This document shows, piece after piece, positions 1 to 17,430 of a stretch of DNA of 64,000 nucleotides (its first letter is position 1; every line of letters starts with the position of its first letter). This stretch comes from Plasmodiophora brassicae (lineage: Eukaryota), in assembly GCA_036867785.1 (NCBI GenBank), contig CP145420.1, positions 434,001-498,000 of the forward strand, read 5' to 3'. The notes beneath the pieces are model-generated. The model was given only the letters and a program-made list of their open reading frames with translations, had not been told where the DNA came from and ran no database searches. Made by a program: the position numbers and the translations under genes.

Positions 1-3000
1 GCCATCCAGGTTCGTTCTACGATTCTCTTTCGTTGATTTTCTTATGACACTCCATTGCAGAGGCTATACGGCGGCACATACAGCGTTGGGTTACGAGTGA
101 AAGCGACCTTGATCGACCTTGTGTTTCGGAAATCGCTCGTGCTCTCTCCTGCCAATGTCCACGTTGGGCACATTGTGACAATCATGGCCACCAACATTGA
201 GGCTGTCGCCGACGCCGCTTCCCACTTCCACTTGTAACTTAACCCTTTTGTTGGCGGCGACCTCGCGTTCAGTACTGACCGAATCTGTCGTTAGTTTATG
301 GTCTGGATGCCTAGAGGTCCTGCTCATTCTCGTCCTGACGGTCTATTTGGCTGGCTTACGGGCGGCGATTGCCCCTGTTGTCATCATCGTTGCGTTCGTC
401 ATGCCTGTCCAGCTCTTTCTGGGAAACTTTGTCAGCCAGACATCCTTGTCGTTCGTCGTTGCCGCCAGCGACAGGCTTCGACTGATGACCGAAATTCTAA
501 CGGCTATCAAGCTGGTTAAGTTTTACGCGTGGGAGAAACCCGTTCTCAAGCGCGTCGAGACGGTTCGTACACGCGAGGCACGAGCCGCATCATTTCAGAT
601 TTTCGCTCGAGCCATCAATTTCGCATTCGTCTTCGGGGCGCCTGTTTTGACAACACTGTCATGCTTACTGGTTCTTCAACTTACTGGTGCGAAACTGGAT
701 CCCGTCCTGGCTTTCACCTTGGTGTCCGTCTTCAACACGCTTCGATACCCTCTCCTGCTCTTACCGATGGCAGTCAAAGCGTTTTCAAGCGCTCGGAATG
801 CCTTCTCGATCATTGATGAGTTCCTTGGGCGTCCAGAGATGATCGACCAGCGTGACAAGGCGTGCCCAGCTGGGTCCATTGAGCTCCAATCAACGTCGAC
901 TCGCTGGGAGGGTTCCCGGTCAGATACGCTTTCCGATATTTCAGTTCGTGTTGGGCGCGGTGAAGTTCTTGCCATTGTCGGCGACGTTGGATGTGGCAAG
1001 AGCAGTCTGATCGCAGCGATGCTGGGACAGATGCCGATCACATCGGGACGTGTTTCCATCAACGGAAAGGTATCCTATTGCCCGCAAGAGGCCTGGCTGG
1101 TCAACGCGACTATCAAGGAGAACCTTCTCTTCGGGTCGGACTGGGACTCAAAGAGGTACTCTGACGTGATTCGCGTTTGTGCTCTCGAACGGGACCTTTC
1201 TCTGTTCGTGGACGGCGATCAACTTGAAATCTGCGAACGCGGAGCCAACCTTTCTGGAGGGCAACGACAACGTGTATCAATGGCTCGTGCTGTCTACAAT
1301 CAAAGCGACATTGTTTTTCTCGACGATCCCTTGAGCGCGCTTGACCAGAACGTGGGGCGATCCATATTCGACAACTGCGTCAAAGGGTTTCTTGCCGATC
1401 GGGCCGTTGTGCTTGTCACTCATCAACTCCAGTATCTGTCTCAGTGCACCAATGTTGTCGTGATGGTTGACGGAAAGATTGGCGAATATGGGAAGTTCGA
1501 CGACCTGATGCTACGTCCTGATGGACGCCTCCGGTCACTCATGGAACAGTTCAGTACGACGTCAGAAATGGAGCTTCCAGAAGCTGTTGATGAAGCTCTT
1601 ATGAAGATGATTCGTGTTCCAAGTGGAACCAATCTAGCTCTACATGAACCGATGACCGAGTTGTCTCAGAGCCGAGAACAAGAGGACCGAGAACTCGTTC
1701 GCTCTACTGAAGTTGAACTCACCGAGATCGTTTCCCATCCGTCATCTCCGTCAATGGTCATCATACCAAACGAGCGCGCGATCGAGCGAATCGCCTATTA
1801 CAACCGACAACTGCAGGCGTCTGTACAGACGGTCGACGAGGCGACGCTCATGAAGAAGGTTGAATTCGACCAGGCGTCGCTGTTTGGCACAAGATACCTT
1901 CCGGTCCCCCAGAATGGCCACGATAACCGCGATTTCTCACGAACTGTCAGCCATAACATGTACGTATGGCTTTTGCCAAGCATTGTCTAGCTGCTAATTG
2001 GACTGACAGGATGCGACCATTGACAACTGTCACGAAGCCGTTCGTAAAAGATAGCATGGACATGAACTCCAAGGCCGCTGCCGAATGGGTTAGCCCGGGA
2101 CGAACGTGGTGCCGGTACATGCGCCAGACTGGCGGTGTCACTTGTGCCGTCCTTCTGTTCATTGTGTTCTGGCTAACCCATGGTGTTCGAATCGGGATTG
2201 ATATTTGGGTCAAGGTCTGGCAAGGGCCTCCTCACTCCGCGTACAAGGCGGCATCGCTGGGTCCCACCAACGATGTGGCCATCTTCTCTGGGTTATGCGC
2301 TCTGTTCATCTGTGCCGTTGCTGCGCGTGGAACTTGGCTGGCGCGTGTGACGGCGGCCAAAGCTCGGGCATTGCACGATGGTGTGTTGAACTCCCTGATC
2401 CGAGCACCTATGTCATTCTACGACAACACCCCGTTGGGACGCATACTGCAGTCAACGTCGAAACATCAGGCCGATGCTGACGATCGACTCCCTGATTCAC
2501 TCATGCAGTGGATGCAGTACCTTCCTCTTGCTGTCGGTTCCCTGATTGTCATGACGGTCCAAAGTTCGGCCCCGCTGCCCATGTTCGGTTTCGTCATCCT
2601 ACTTTTGTTTATCGGGGCGCTGCTGGTATTGTTTACGCGAAGGTCCGGCGCTCTCGTCTATTTCCTGGACCGTCAGGCAGTGGCCAAGACGATGCTGTAC
2701 TCGCATGTGACGGCGAGCCTCGAGGGCCTGTTCTCGATTCGAGCATTCTGTGCTCAGGATCGATTCAAGGCGATTCTTCTCGATCGACTGGACAGCGCTA
2801 ATTGCTTCGACCTGGCCGCCCAGTCTGTTCGATTCTTCATCGCCCTCTACGTTGATGTGATCTGTTCCTTGGCGATCTTCATCAATGCGTACCTATTCGT
2901 CGTCTACTCGGTTGACGCAGCGACCATCGGATTGTCCCTGTCCAACGCCCTCCAGATTCTTGTCTTCACTGGGTGGTCGCTAAGGATGTGGGAGGAAGCG

Positions 3001-4018
3001 TCCTCTTCGATTCAGTCGGTTGGAAATCTCCAATTCCTCGCAACTAAGCTCCCTGCCGAGGCCCCAGATATTATTCCCTCAGCGCGCCCCAGCCCGCCAT
3101 GGCCGCAAGAAGGCAGCATCGTCTTCCAAGACGTTGTCTTGCGGTATTCGCTGTTCGGCGTCGCTGTGCTCAAACGTATCAACTTCACAATCAAACCGAT
3201 GGAGAAGATTGGCATCGTCGGCCGAACCGTAAGCATTGCTCGTCATAATTCGGCTTTCCAGTAATGTCGGTTTGTAGGGATCGGGCAAGTCCACACTGCT
3301 GGTCGCCCTCTTGCGAATCGTCGAACTGGCCGCTGGTCGAATCATCATCGACGGCGTTGACATATCGAAGATCGGTCTGGAAGATCTTCGAAGTCGCATT
3401 GCCATCATCCCGCAGGAGTCGGTCCTGTTTTCGGGTACCATCCGGGAAAACCTGGACGTGAAGAACGTGTACAATGATGCCGACATTTGGAAGGCGTTGA
3501 ACGCTGTCAATCTAGGCGCCATCATTCGTGATCTGCCTGACGGTCTGAATTCCAACGTCGTCGAGAAAGGTCCTCGGTTCTCTCTCGGCCAGCGCCAGCT
3601 TTTCTGCATCGCACGTGCGATCCTGATGAAGGCCCGCGTTGTCGTTCTGGATGAGGCAACAGCCGCTATTGACGCCAGAACGGATGCGCTGGTACAGAAG
3701 GCCATTGCCGAGAACTTTGCCGACTGCACCGTCCTTACCATTGCGCACCGCCTGAACACGATCATTCAATCCGACCGCATCCTTATGCTCAGCGCCGGCA
3801 AGATCCTCGAGTTCGACAAGCCCGCGACGCTTCTCGACAATCCCAACGGCGCGTTCTTCTCGCTCGTGGCCCAGACCGGCCCGCAAACGGCGAGGAAGCT
3901 CCGTCAACTCGCATTGGAGAAGCGGCAAATCGACGAGACCCGCGTCCGTACCCGATCCGACGTTGATTTCTTCAGAAGCCTGGCTCGACCTGCCGAGCCG
4001 ATCCCCGACAGCATGTAG
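1..4018 (+). CDS. ABCC/MRP-type ABC transporter (5' end outside window; introns at about 235-294, 1960-2009, 3229-3278)
   Basis: TMD1-NBD1-TMD2-NBD2 layout. NBD1 has GDVGCGKSS, LSGGQRQR, VFLDDPLSALD. NBD2 has GRTGSGKST (after splicing), FSLGQRQL, VLDEATA, IAHRL. Confidence 0.95.
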
Positions 4019-4228
4019 AACCCGTTGGACAGCAGTCGTGTTATCGTACGCGAACAGTAAAGTGACCTAAATCGGCGTCTGCTGTCATTCCCTTCAGCGT
4101 GCCCGGTCAGCGCGCAGTTTCGGGCAGCCGTGCCGAGTCGCAGACGCGGTAGCCGGCGCAGTGCAGTACGACGGGTTCTGCGTCATCGACACAGCAAACG
4201 CCGGTGGTAGTGTGTCGTTATAGAACCG

Positions 4229-9229
<5,001 letters not shown>

Positions 9230-9396
9230 ACGCTGTCGCCTCCCATTCGTCGTTGTCATTGTCCCATACGTGGTAGGCACCACCCCGTCGACGGGTTGGT
9301 TGTTGTTTGGCAGGAGGGAGGACCCGCCGGCGCCAGAGGACGCGCCGGACCGCCGCATTGGGGTGACGGGGGGCCGTGCGGGACGACGGGCGACGA

Positions 9397-9600
9397 ATGT
9401 CGGACGACGCGCTGGCGAAGAAGCACCTGGAGCTGGAGCATCTGCGGGTGGAGGAGGCGGCGCTGCGCGACGCGATGACGCCGGAGCAGGCGGCCGGCAA
9501 GATCGTCGCGGTCGTCAACGCGGCGCCGGACCCGTTCGTCGACGGCGGCAACGAATGGGTACACGCGCCCGGCGGCGGGTGCACCTGCGCCGTCATGTGA
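9397..9600 (+). CDS. Heterotrimeric G-protein gamma subunit (67 aa)
   Basis: N-terminal coiled-coil helix, DPF motif, NEW (NPW-like) motif, C-terminal CaaX box CAVM with an upstream Cys (CTCAVM). Confidence 0.8.
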   Translation: MSDDALAKKHLELEHLRVEEAALRDAMTPEQAAGKIVAVVNAAPDPFVDGGNEWVHAPGGGCTCAVM

Positions 9601-9826
9601 TATCGCGCGCCCCGTCGTCGTACCTGGGCAACAGTGTGGTGGAGGGGCTCCAGTGCATCAGCGGCGACCGATCGCGTCTACCTGTGTTCACACGGCGAAT
9701 TCACCATTCTGTCCACCTGCCGCGTCGTGTGTGTGTGTGTCGCCCCCCTGTTCGACAGAATGGGTCTCCCGCCTCCTGCAGGCGGGTCGCGTCTTATATT
9801 AAGCTCGATCGGCGTCACGTGCGTTA

Positions 9827-11964
9827 ATGACGATCGACCACGGTGACGACGACCGTCACGAGGGCGGCGCCAGCAGCGACGACGACGGCGGTAGCGGCCC
9901 GGGCGACGCCATCAGGCGCAACGTCTTCGACGGGCTCTGGGACGACCTGTACGCGCAGGCGCTGTCGTGTACTGGGTGGCGCGCGAACCCCCGTCCTGAA
10001 CGATCCCGCACAGGGTCGCCGGCGCGAACGTTGGCGGGGCGGTCTATGACGAGTTCGCGCGCGCCCGCCCGACCGTCACCATGGGCGTCCTGGCCGAGAT
10101 GCTCGTCCAGTTCTTCGGTGCCGTCCCCGCCGTCCGTCGGATTCGTGGCCTGGTGCCTGGCAGGGCCCTGCAGGCCGTCCTGCGGCGGCACACCGACGCC
10201 AAGCTGGGCAGCATGTTCGGCGACGACGACGACGACGACGCAGGGCGATCCCGGCTGGTGTTCGCCAGGGACGCGTTCGTCGCCATGAGCGGCGACCTGT
10301 TCGCCGGCGCCGACCTGTACCCGAACGCGGCCGCCTGGGACATGGACGACACGCGCCTGCCTCTGCTACGCGACATCTCCCGAGTCGTACGATTCGACTC
10401 GCGCGCGCGCGCGCGCGCTCTAACCTGTGTGTGCTTGCTTCCTAGCTGGACACGCTGTCGTGCATACCGCTGGCGATCCATCGGACGTTGTCGCGGGGCG
10501 AGACGGCCGCCCACCTGCTGCGCAAGCCCAGCGAGCAGCGCCAGCACCACGAGCTCGTCTTCCTGAGCCGCATAGCGTCCCAGGCGCTCCAGCGCCTGGG
10601 CTGTGGGCCTGCGACGATGGACGTCGTCCGGTGCATGACGCTGCGGGTCGTCGAGCAGGACGACGCCGTCTGCCGGGAGGGCGACCTGGCCGAGGACTAC
10701 TTCGTCGTGTTCGACGGCGCCCTGATCGTCAAGCGGTCGACGATCTTCGGCATGCTCGGGTCGGTGTCGGAGTTCGTCGCCGGGTACGGGTTCGGCGAGC
10801 GCTCCCTGATGCTGGCAGGCGGCCGTCGCAACGCGACCGTGATCGGCCAGTGCCACACGGTCCTCGGCGTCCTGCACGCGCCCGACTTCAGGCGCCTGCT
10901 CTACCCGGTCGGTGCGCCTCTGCCACGACTGATCACCGTCCCCACCGCCCCCACCCCCTAACCGATGCCGCGCCCAGACGCTTCAGCGTGTCCTGAAGCG
11001 CAAGATCGACTTCTTCCGCCGCCTGCCGTACATGGCGCGGGTACCATACAACGAGGTCGCCGAGGTCGCCAACACCTCCTGGTTCCGTCGTTACCGCCCG
11101 CGGGACGTCATCCACCAGCAGGGCGACGCCATGCCCACCGACCTGTTCTTCGTCGCGTCCGGCCGCGTTCGTATCATTCGCGAAACGCCACCGGCGACGG
11201 CCCGTCGGCCATTGCAGGCGCCGTTGCGCTGCACGTCGTCCCGTTCGACGACCACGTCGCCGTCCACCGCCTCGTCCCGTCCGGGTTCGTCCCGGGTCGG
11301 GCACTTCAGCGGCGTCCAGGCCCCCATGCGGTACGCACGACCGAACACGGCCGCCGTCCAGCAAGGCGTGTTCTCCGTTCAGTCGCCGTACCGTCGGCGG
11401 CCCCGGTCGGCGCCGAATTACAAGCCGGGGACGACGACGAACACGAAGACGGTCGGTCAGATCCCGATCCCCTCGTTGGCAGTGACGAGGGTGCCCAGGC
11501 ACGGGGGTTCACCTGGATCGCCCGGCGCCCCAGTATTCATCGAGTGCTGCGTGCTCGGGTTCCCCTACGCCCTGGGTGACCTGCCCGAGGAGCGCCTGAC
11601 CAAGGTGCAACTCGTGTGGCACACGAGCACGGTGGCCATCGACCTCGTCGAGATGCTGGTCGTCCCGCACACCAGCCTGTTCAAGTACGCGTCGCTCGTC
11701 GTCCCGAACCTGTACCGGTGCCCGCCCGACCTCAAACTTCGTCGCGACCTGCAGGCCATCGCCGCATGGGACAAGTACAAGCAGGCGCTGATCGCATCGA
11801 GCGCCCCGATCACGCAACGAACCGGCTTCTACTTCTCCCATCACAACCGCCGGCTCACCGAACGCGCCGCACGCCCCGTCGCCCCACGAATCCGTTCGGG
11901 CGACCTCGTGCCGCGCCGGCGCGCCCTGCCCGATCCCGATTGGTTCAGATCATCGCGCGCCTGA
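9827..11964 (+). CDS. Cyclic nucleotide-binding domain protein (CNBD2-like, two cNMP domains)
   Basis: VCREGDLAEDYFVVFDG...FGERSL...RRNATV is a canonical phosphate-binding cassette. A second domain follows (VIHQQGD...LFFVASGRV) and a C-terminal P-x-D...WDKYK helix. Three short introns. Confidence 0.8.
10400..10418. repeat. (CG)n alternating tract inside an intron
   Basis: C(GC)9 read directly from the sequence. Confidence 0.9.
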
Positions 11965-12069
11965 GCCCATCGCCGCCCATCCACCGACAACGGATGACGC
12001 CTATGCCGCGATTCCCTGGTATGAACAATTAGTTTAAGGGGGTGCGGGTCTCCGCTCCGACACCGCCGG

Positions 12070-14834
12070 TCATCGTCGTGGAGGAGGAGGCGGCGGTGGA
12101 CGACCTCGCATAGGAGGCGGGCCTGGAGGTCCAGCCCGACCACGAGGTGGTGGCGGCGGCGGCGGCGGCATTCGACCTTGGGAAGGCCCGTCATCGTACT
12201 CGTAGGCGTCGTCGACTGGCATCCCGCGTCGAGGACCCGCAGGTGGGCGAGGCGGCGGAGGCGGCCCACCGGGCCGACCACGTGCAGGCGGTGGTGGAGC
12301 AGGACCTCGAGGCGACGCTCTCGATTCGAAACCGCCACCATCGACGTCATCGTCCGCAGCAGACGGTGGTTGACGAGGGGGCATGCGCGACGTTGCCGGG
12401 CCGCCGCGCGGTGGCGGTGGCATTCTACCTGCACGTGGAGGTGGTGGCGGGGGCATTCGACCACCAGCTCTGGGTGGCGCCGGCGCCGGACGTCCAGTAG
12501 GTCCATCATCGTCCGATGGCGTTGACTTGAGCGCCTTCGGCTTGAAGTTGCGAATCGACGCGAGAAGATCAGCACGGCCTCCTGTGGCAGGTGGCGGCGG
12601 CATCGACGCTTCCTCCGCGTTGTCGAACGACGGCGGTGGTGGCGGCGGTGGAGGAGCCGGGCTGGCACGAGCAGGTGGCCCACGCGGTGGCCCAGGAGGT
12701 GGAGGCGGTGGTGCACCACCACCCCTTGGGCTAGGCGTGCCGCGAGAGCGACCGCCCATTGGCTGCTGCTTCTGCTGCTGCTGCTGCCCATAAGCAGAAT
12801 TGCCATCGTCATCGTACGATGCCGCCATAGCTGGCGGACGAGGAGGGGGAGGAGCCGGTCGACCTGCGCGGGGGCCACCAGAAGGTGGGCCACGTGGGGG
12901 CGGCGGCGGCGGCGGCGCACCACCTCGTCTGGGAGGTGGGCCTCTGGGCGCCATTTGCGGTTCTTCGTCTTGGTACTGCGCGGGTGCAGGAGGCGGCGGC
13001 GGAGGACGACCACGAGGTGGACCACCGGCAGCAGGAGCACCACGAGGCATCGCAGCAGCGCGAGGCGGAATAAGAGGCATGCCGCGACCCGCCGGCATTC
13101 GCGAAGACGCATCACTTGCCAGCACCGGTGCCGACTTGTCGTCCGTGTCGCACTTGGCCAGATTGTTCTTCTTGAAGCTCGCGATCTGCTTCAGGAGGTC
13201 GGCGCGACCGCCAGATGCAGGCGGAGGCGTACTCTGTGGTGGAGGCGGTGGCGCTCGAGCCGCTGTTGGCGGTGGTGGTGCGCCCATTGGAGCACGAGGT
13301 GCTGCGGGTGGTGGACGAGGCGCCGCAGGCATACGAGAGGCCGATGGTGGCGCCGCTGGTGGAGGCGCGCGAGGTGCTACTGGCGGCGGCGGAGCAGGCG
13401 CTGCCATGCGAGGCCCTTGAGGAGGTGGAGGCATTCGTGGTGCAGGTGGCATCCGGGGTGCGGCCGGTGGTGGAGGCGCTTGCCTGTGTGCAGCAGCAGG
13501 TGGCGGTGGAGCAGCTGGCATACGTTGTTGCGGCGGTCCTGGAGGAGCAGGCATGCGAGGCTGGTGCTGCTGCTGCGGCGGTGCAGATGGCATCCGAGGA
13601 GCTGGTGGTGCGGGCGCACGCTGCTGCTGCATTGGTGGCTGGCCCATTGGCGGTGCCCCCATTGCCTGGCGAGATTGCGCCGGTGCCATTTGTTGCCCTC
13701 TGCCAGCCATTGGCTGCCCTGCAGGCTGTCTGCCTGGCACCTGCTGACCCGTGGGCATGCCCAGGATGCTCGGATCCTCGATGATCAGCTCACAGATGGC
13801 ATTGATAAGCTTCGGCGCAGTCAAGAGCAACATAGGGTCCGCACCAGACGGTGCTCCAGACAGCAACGACGGCCCAATTGCATAGGCGAGCTTCATCGTT
13901 GACATTTGCGTCACCTCCTGTACGACATCTGTCAGGTTGACCTTCGATACCCCACGAACAGTTCTACCTCGTTCTGAGACAGGGCGTTCAGCACGACAAA
14001 CAGCGTGTACAGAAATCCCCTCGTATCCGGGGCAAGCTGGTTCAGGACGCCGGCTAGTTGAGGTACATTGTCAGGCGTCATTTTCTGGGTGGACAGCAGC
14101 ATGTCCAGGATGTGAGGAGGCAGAATGGGCGATGGCAAATCCCGGATCGCCTGGCGCACACGTCAGGACGGGGGGCGCCGGCAACGACACGCGTTACCAC
14201 CAAACCTTCTTCAGGCTCTGCGCAATAGAGAGAATCGAGTAACGCTGGAAATCGATGGGGCGGTGCAGGTTGACGGCCGCGCTCATGGCCTCAACTTCGC
14301 CTTGCACCCCTGGATCCATGAAGATCATGGGAATGCCGAGGCCTGCAATCGCACCAGTCATGCGGTTGGTCCACAGGTCAACGCATCGGCGGGCTGTATA
14401 CCTCGTTTGGCAATCTCGATGACCATGAGTTCTGGTAGCTGAAGCGCTCCACCTTGCATGGGCTGTATTGTCAGCGAAGGAACGGCCACTTCCGGCGATA
14501 GCCAATATGAGATTGCAAGTCTAAGGGAATGCGTTATTAGACCTACATTGCGGTGGGGGCGGTTGTTGCTGCTGCTGATGCATCTGCTGTTGGCCATAGG
14601 GATCCTGGCCATTCGGGTCGTCGTACGGATAGAATTGCCATTGGCCTTGTTCATCATAATATCCCTGGCTGGGATCGCCGACCTGCCCGTCCTGATCATC
14701 GTAATACTGGTCCTGCTGCGCATTGGGATCGTAGTATCCCTGATCTGTTGCACCAGCCTCAGTCCGGTGCAGGGCATCATCGTACACCCACGACCCGCAC
14801 CGTATTGCTGCTGCTGGCTCCACTGGTACGCCAT
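12070..14834 (-). CDS. RhoGAP-fold domain plus proline-rich region with two WH2 motifs
   Basis: SIAQSLKK|AIRDLPSPIL and QMSTMKLAYAIGPSLL match RhoGAP helices. GGRADLLKQIASF-KKNNLAK and GGRADLLASIRNF-KPKALKST are WH2-like. Extensive polyproline tracts. Start inferred at MAYQWSQQQQY. Confidence 0.8.
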
Positions 14835-15264
14835 ACGGCCCTGCACCGACTGGCGCCCCGCAGGTCAGAGCACCGGCCCCACACAGGGGACGCTCGCGCG
14901 CGTCTCTCGTCAAACGCCGTCGGCAGGACACGACCGCCAGACGATCGTCGCGGGTCGTGACACAAAAACGGCAGGCGCCGGCGCGGTCGGAGCTGTCAGT
15001 GGCTTGTCGCGTCAGCCAACGGTCGACCCGCGAGAGGAGGACACAGCACACCGAATCGCCAGACAAAAACGTGACCCTGAATTTTTGCTCCAGCGCCCAG
15101 CGGTGTCAGTCGCAGCGACAGCATCGTCAGACAAAGGGGACGACGACGCCGTTTTTGTCCACGCCCGTTTGTGGGCGCGTTCGGCGACGTCTAAAAATAC
15201 AAACCTGGTCGGTGGCGTTCCCGAATGGTTGATGCCAACAGATGCAGAGAACGTCGTGTGCCAA

Positions 15265-16121
15265 CTATTTATTGACTCGGAACATCACGCCGACGAATAT
15301 GCCGTTCACCAGGCCCAGAACGTACACGAGAGCGAGAACCATCAGGGCTGTCGGATGAGATTTTCATCAGAGGAACGATGGTGCAGCGCGACGACAAGCG
15401 CCAGCTGCTTACGGGCTTCCGCAAGATACGCCTTTACAATGTCGGGAATGGCGTCAAGCTGATCAGAGCTCAGCTCCTTGGTTCTCTTTCGGGGAGTATT
15501 GCGATCGACCCGGCGTTGAACTCCTGGAGGGTTCTCATTGTTCGTGGTTTTCGAAGGGTCCACGAGGGCGTATTGCTTCATAATCCATGACATAATTTCC
15601 TCCTTGGTTCGAGGAGTTTCCTCTGTACGTATATAATCAATACAAGCGCACAACAAGCAATTCATCTAATGCAAACCTCCATACTGGACGCGAATACTCT
15701 TCTCTTCGCAGTAGCTAAACAGATAGATCTTATCAGATTACGACAACGGGTGGAAGCAACGTCTCAACAGTACAAGTATATGGTCGGGAAATACTCAATC
15801 GCTTCAAGCCTGGCAACGGTGGGATTGGTCGTAACGTCGACCTACAACTCATAAATCGCTTTGCAGAGATTGAGAGCGCACCACAACCTTGGCAATTCGG
15901 ATACCAGTTGACCCAGCCTGGACGTCACGACCGAGATCTTCGAGAATCGGCGCCAGCTTCTTGCAGTGGCCGCACCACGTTGCTGTAAAAGCAACGACCC
16001 ACACGTCACGTTTGATTTTCTCGTAGAAGTCTCCATCAGAGAGCAGTTCGACGCTGGAAGACGAAACGCTAACATGAAGCAACGCAGACACAGCCACGAT
16101 GCAGAGAACGCGCGCTGGCAT
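15265..16121 (-). CDS. Thioredoxin/PDI-family type I membrane protein (TMX-like)
   Basis: Signal peptide MPARVLCIVAVSALL, WCGHC active site, YFPT cis-Pro loop. The last exon, after a gtaagc donor, encodes TM helix LMVLALVYVLGLVNGIFVGVMF then RVNK-stop. Confidence 0.85.
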
Positions 16122-16252
16122 CGCTGAGCAATCTCTTGAAGATAGGTGAGCGACGGGCCCTTGACCCAATCACCTCGTTACACAGTACGCAGCGGGGCTG
16201 CTCTTCGTCGCGCGCAGATGGGTTAACCGCCTGCCGTCTGCGGGTGTATTCA

Positions 16253-17287
16253 CTAAGTAAACCCGATGCTCTCTCGTTGATCAGAGGAGCGCTCAAACGC
16301 ATCACTCGACAGGGTCAGGGGTCGGTCAGGAAACTCCAGCTTCTGCAAGTAAAGCTTGTACAACGCTGTCGGGACGCACGTCAGTTCGGCACACCGAATG
16401 AACTATCCAGTTGAAAAGCGGACCGGTTTCGACTTTAATCGTGCTGGAGCGCATCACTTCTACCTTTCCCGGCCAATCTTTGACACGACCCATTCCAGAA
16501 AGGTATTCGCATTTCGCGAGTAACTTGCGCATGAAGACACATGCGTCCTTGACGCCATCAAAGTTACCAGACGACGCGCACCCGACCGCAAACCGCATGA
16601 CCTCGCCACTGCATCGCTCCGTCAGCAAACAATGAACCGTTCCTACAAGGCGACCAAGGCGAGAAGTACCTTAGATCCGCAATTCCTAAAAGGTAATCGT
16701 GTGTAGTAAGAGGGATGCGGACCAGGTCGGCATTACATCGCAGCAGCCCCAGCTGAATCTCGTCTTTCGTGACCAGCGTCCCGTGGTTGAGATAATTCAG
16801 GAACGCTTCCGCTTCCACGTATTCTTGAAAGCCCGGACTGATGGAGTACATAAATCTGCCGCACAGTCAGGCACGGCCCCGAATATGATTCCGGCAGGAG
16901 GCATACTGATGGTATTCCTTTTCAGAGGCAATATCTGCAGACAAACATGGAATTAGAACGTGCGCTCGGTGGCGCATTCCCTACGTAGGGACTGACACTC
17001 AGTCCACTTCGCAATCTTGCCACGAATGGCTTCCAGTTTCGTCGCACCTTGCCGGAGCAGCTTGTCGCGATCGCCAGTCGTCGCCCTATGAAGCAGGAAG
17101 ATTGTGTTCTTGCTATCCTTCGTAACGTCTCGCGACAAGACCCTGGCGGATTCCCTCCGTGCATTCTGAGACGCATGTCATGCGGCCACGATCAGGAGCA
17201 TCGGGGAACGCGGGCCCATACCAGATCGTCAATCCTATCGGCGTACGCCGCAAACACGGCAACCAGCGGTGCGTCTGCGCCTGTCAT
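16253..17287 (-). CDS. TSNAX: Translin-associated factor X (TRAX; C3PO subunit)
   Basis: LSRDVTKDSKNTIFLLHR, GFQEYVEA and DYLLGIADL|SGEVMR. The acidic catalytic residues appear retained. Confidence 0.85.
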
Positions 17288-17430
17288 CGTTATCCGAACA
17301 GTGCGCCCCGTACGATACTTTCGCGCAATGTGCTGTTTGTCACGAGCCATGTCAGTGTGCACTGGGTTGCATCCGTATGCGGTTTATCGAAGACGAACCC
17401 CCGCTCTACATGAGGTTTGTTTGTACAGGG

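Noticed and set aside
11841-13902. Long alternative-frame and antisense ORFs (11841-13115, 12800-13420, 12955-13902)
   Set aside because: Shadow ORFs of the GC-rich polyproline coding region, which has few stop codons and no domain motifs.
14458-15462. 334-aa plus-strand ORF with a hydrophobic N-terminus
   Set aside because: It is antisense to a Q/D/Y-rich exon of the RhoGAP-WH2 gene and to the TMX 3' end; the hydrophobicity is an antisense artefact.
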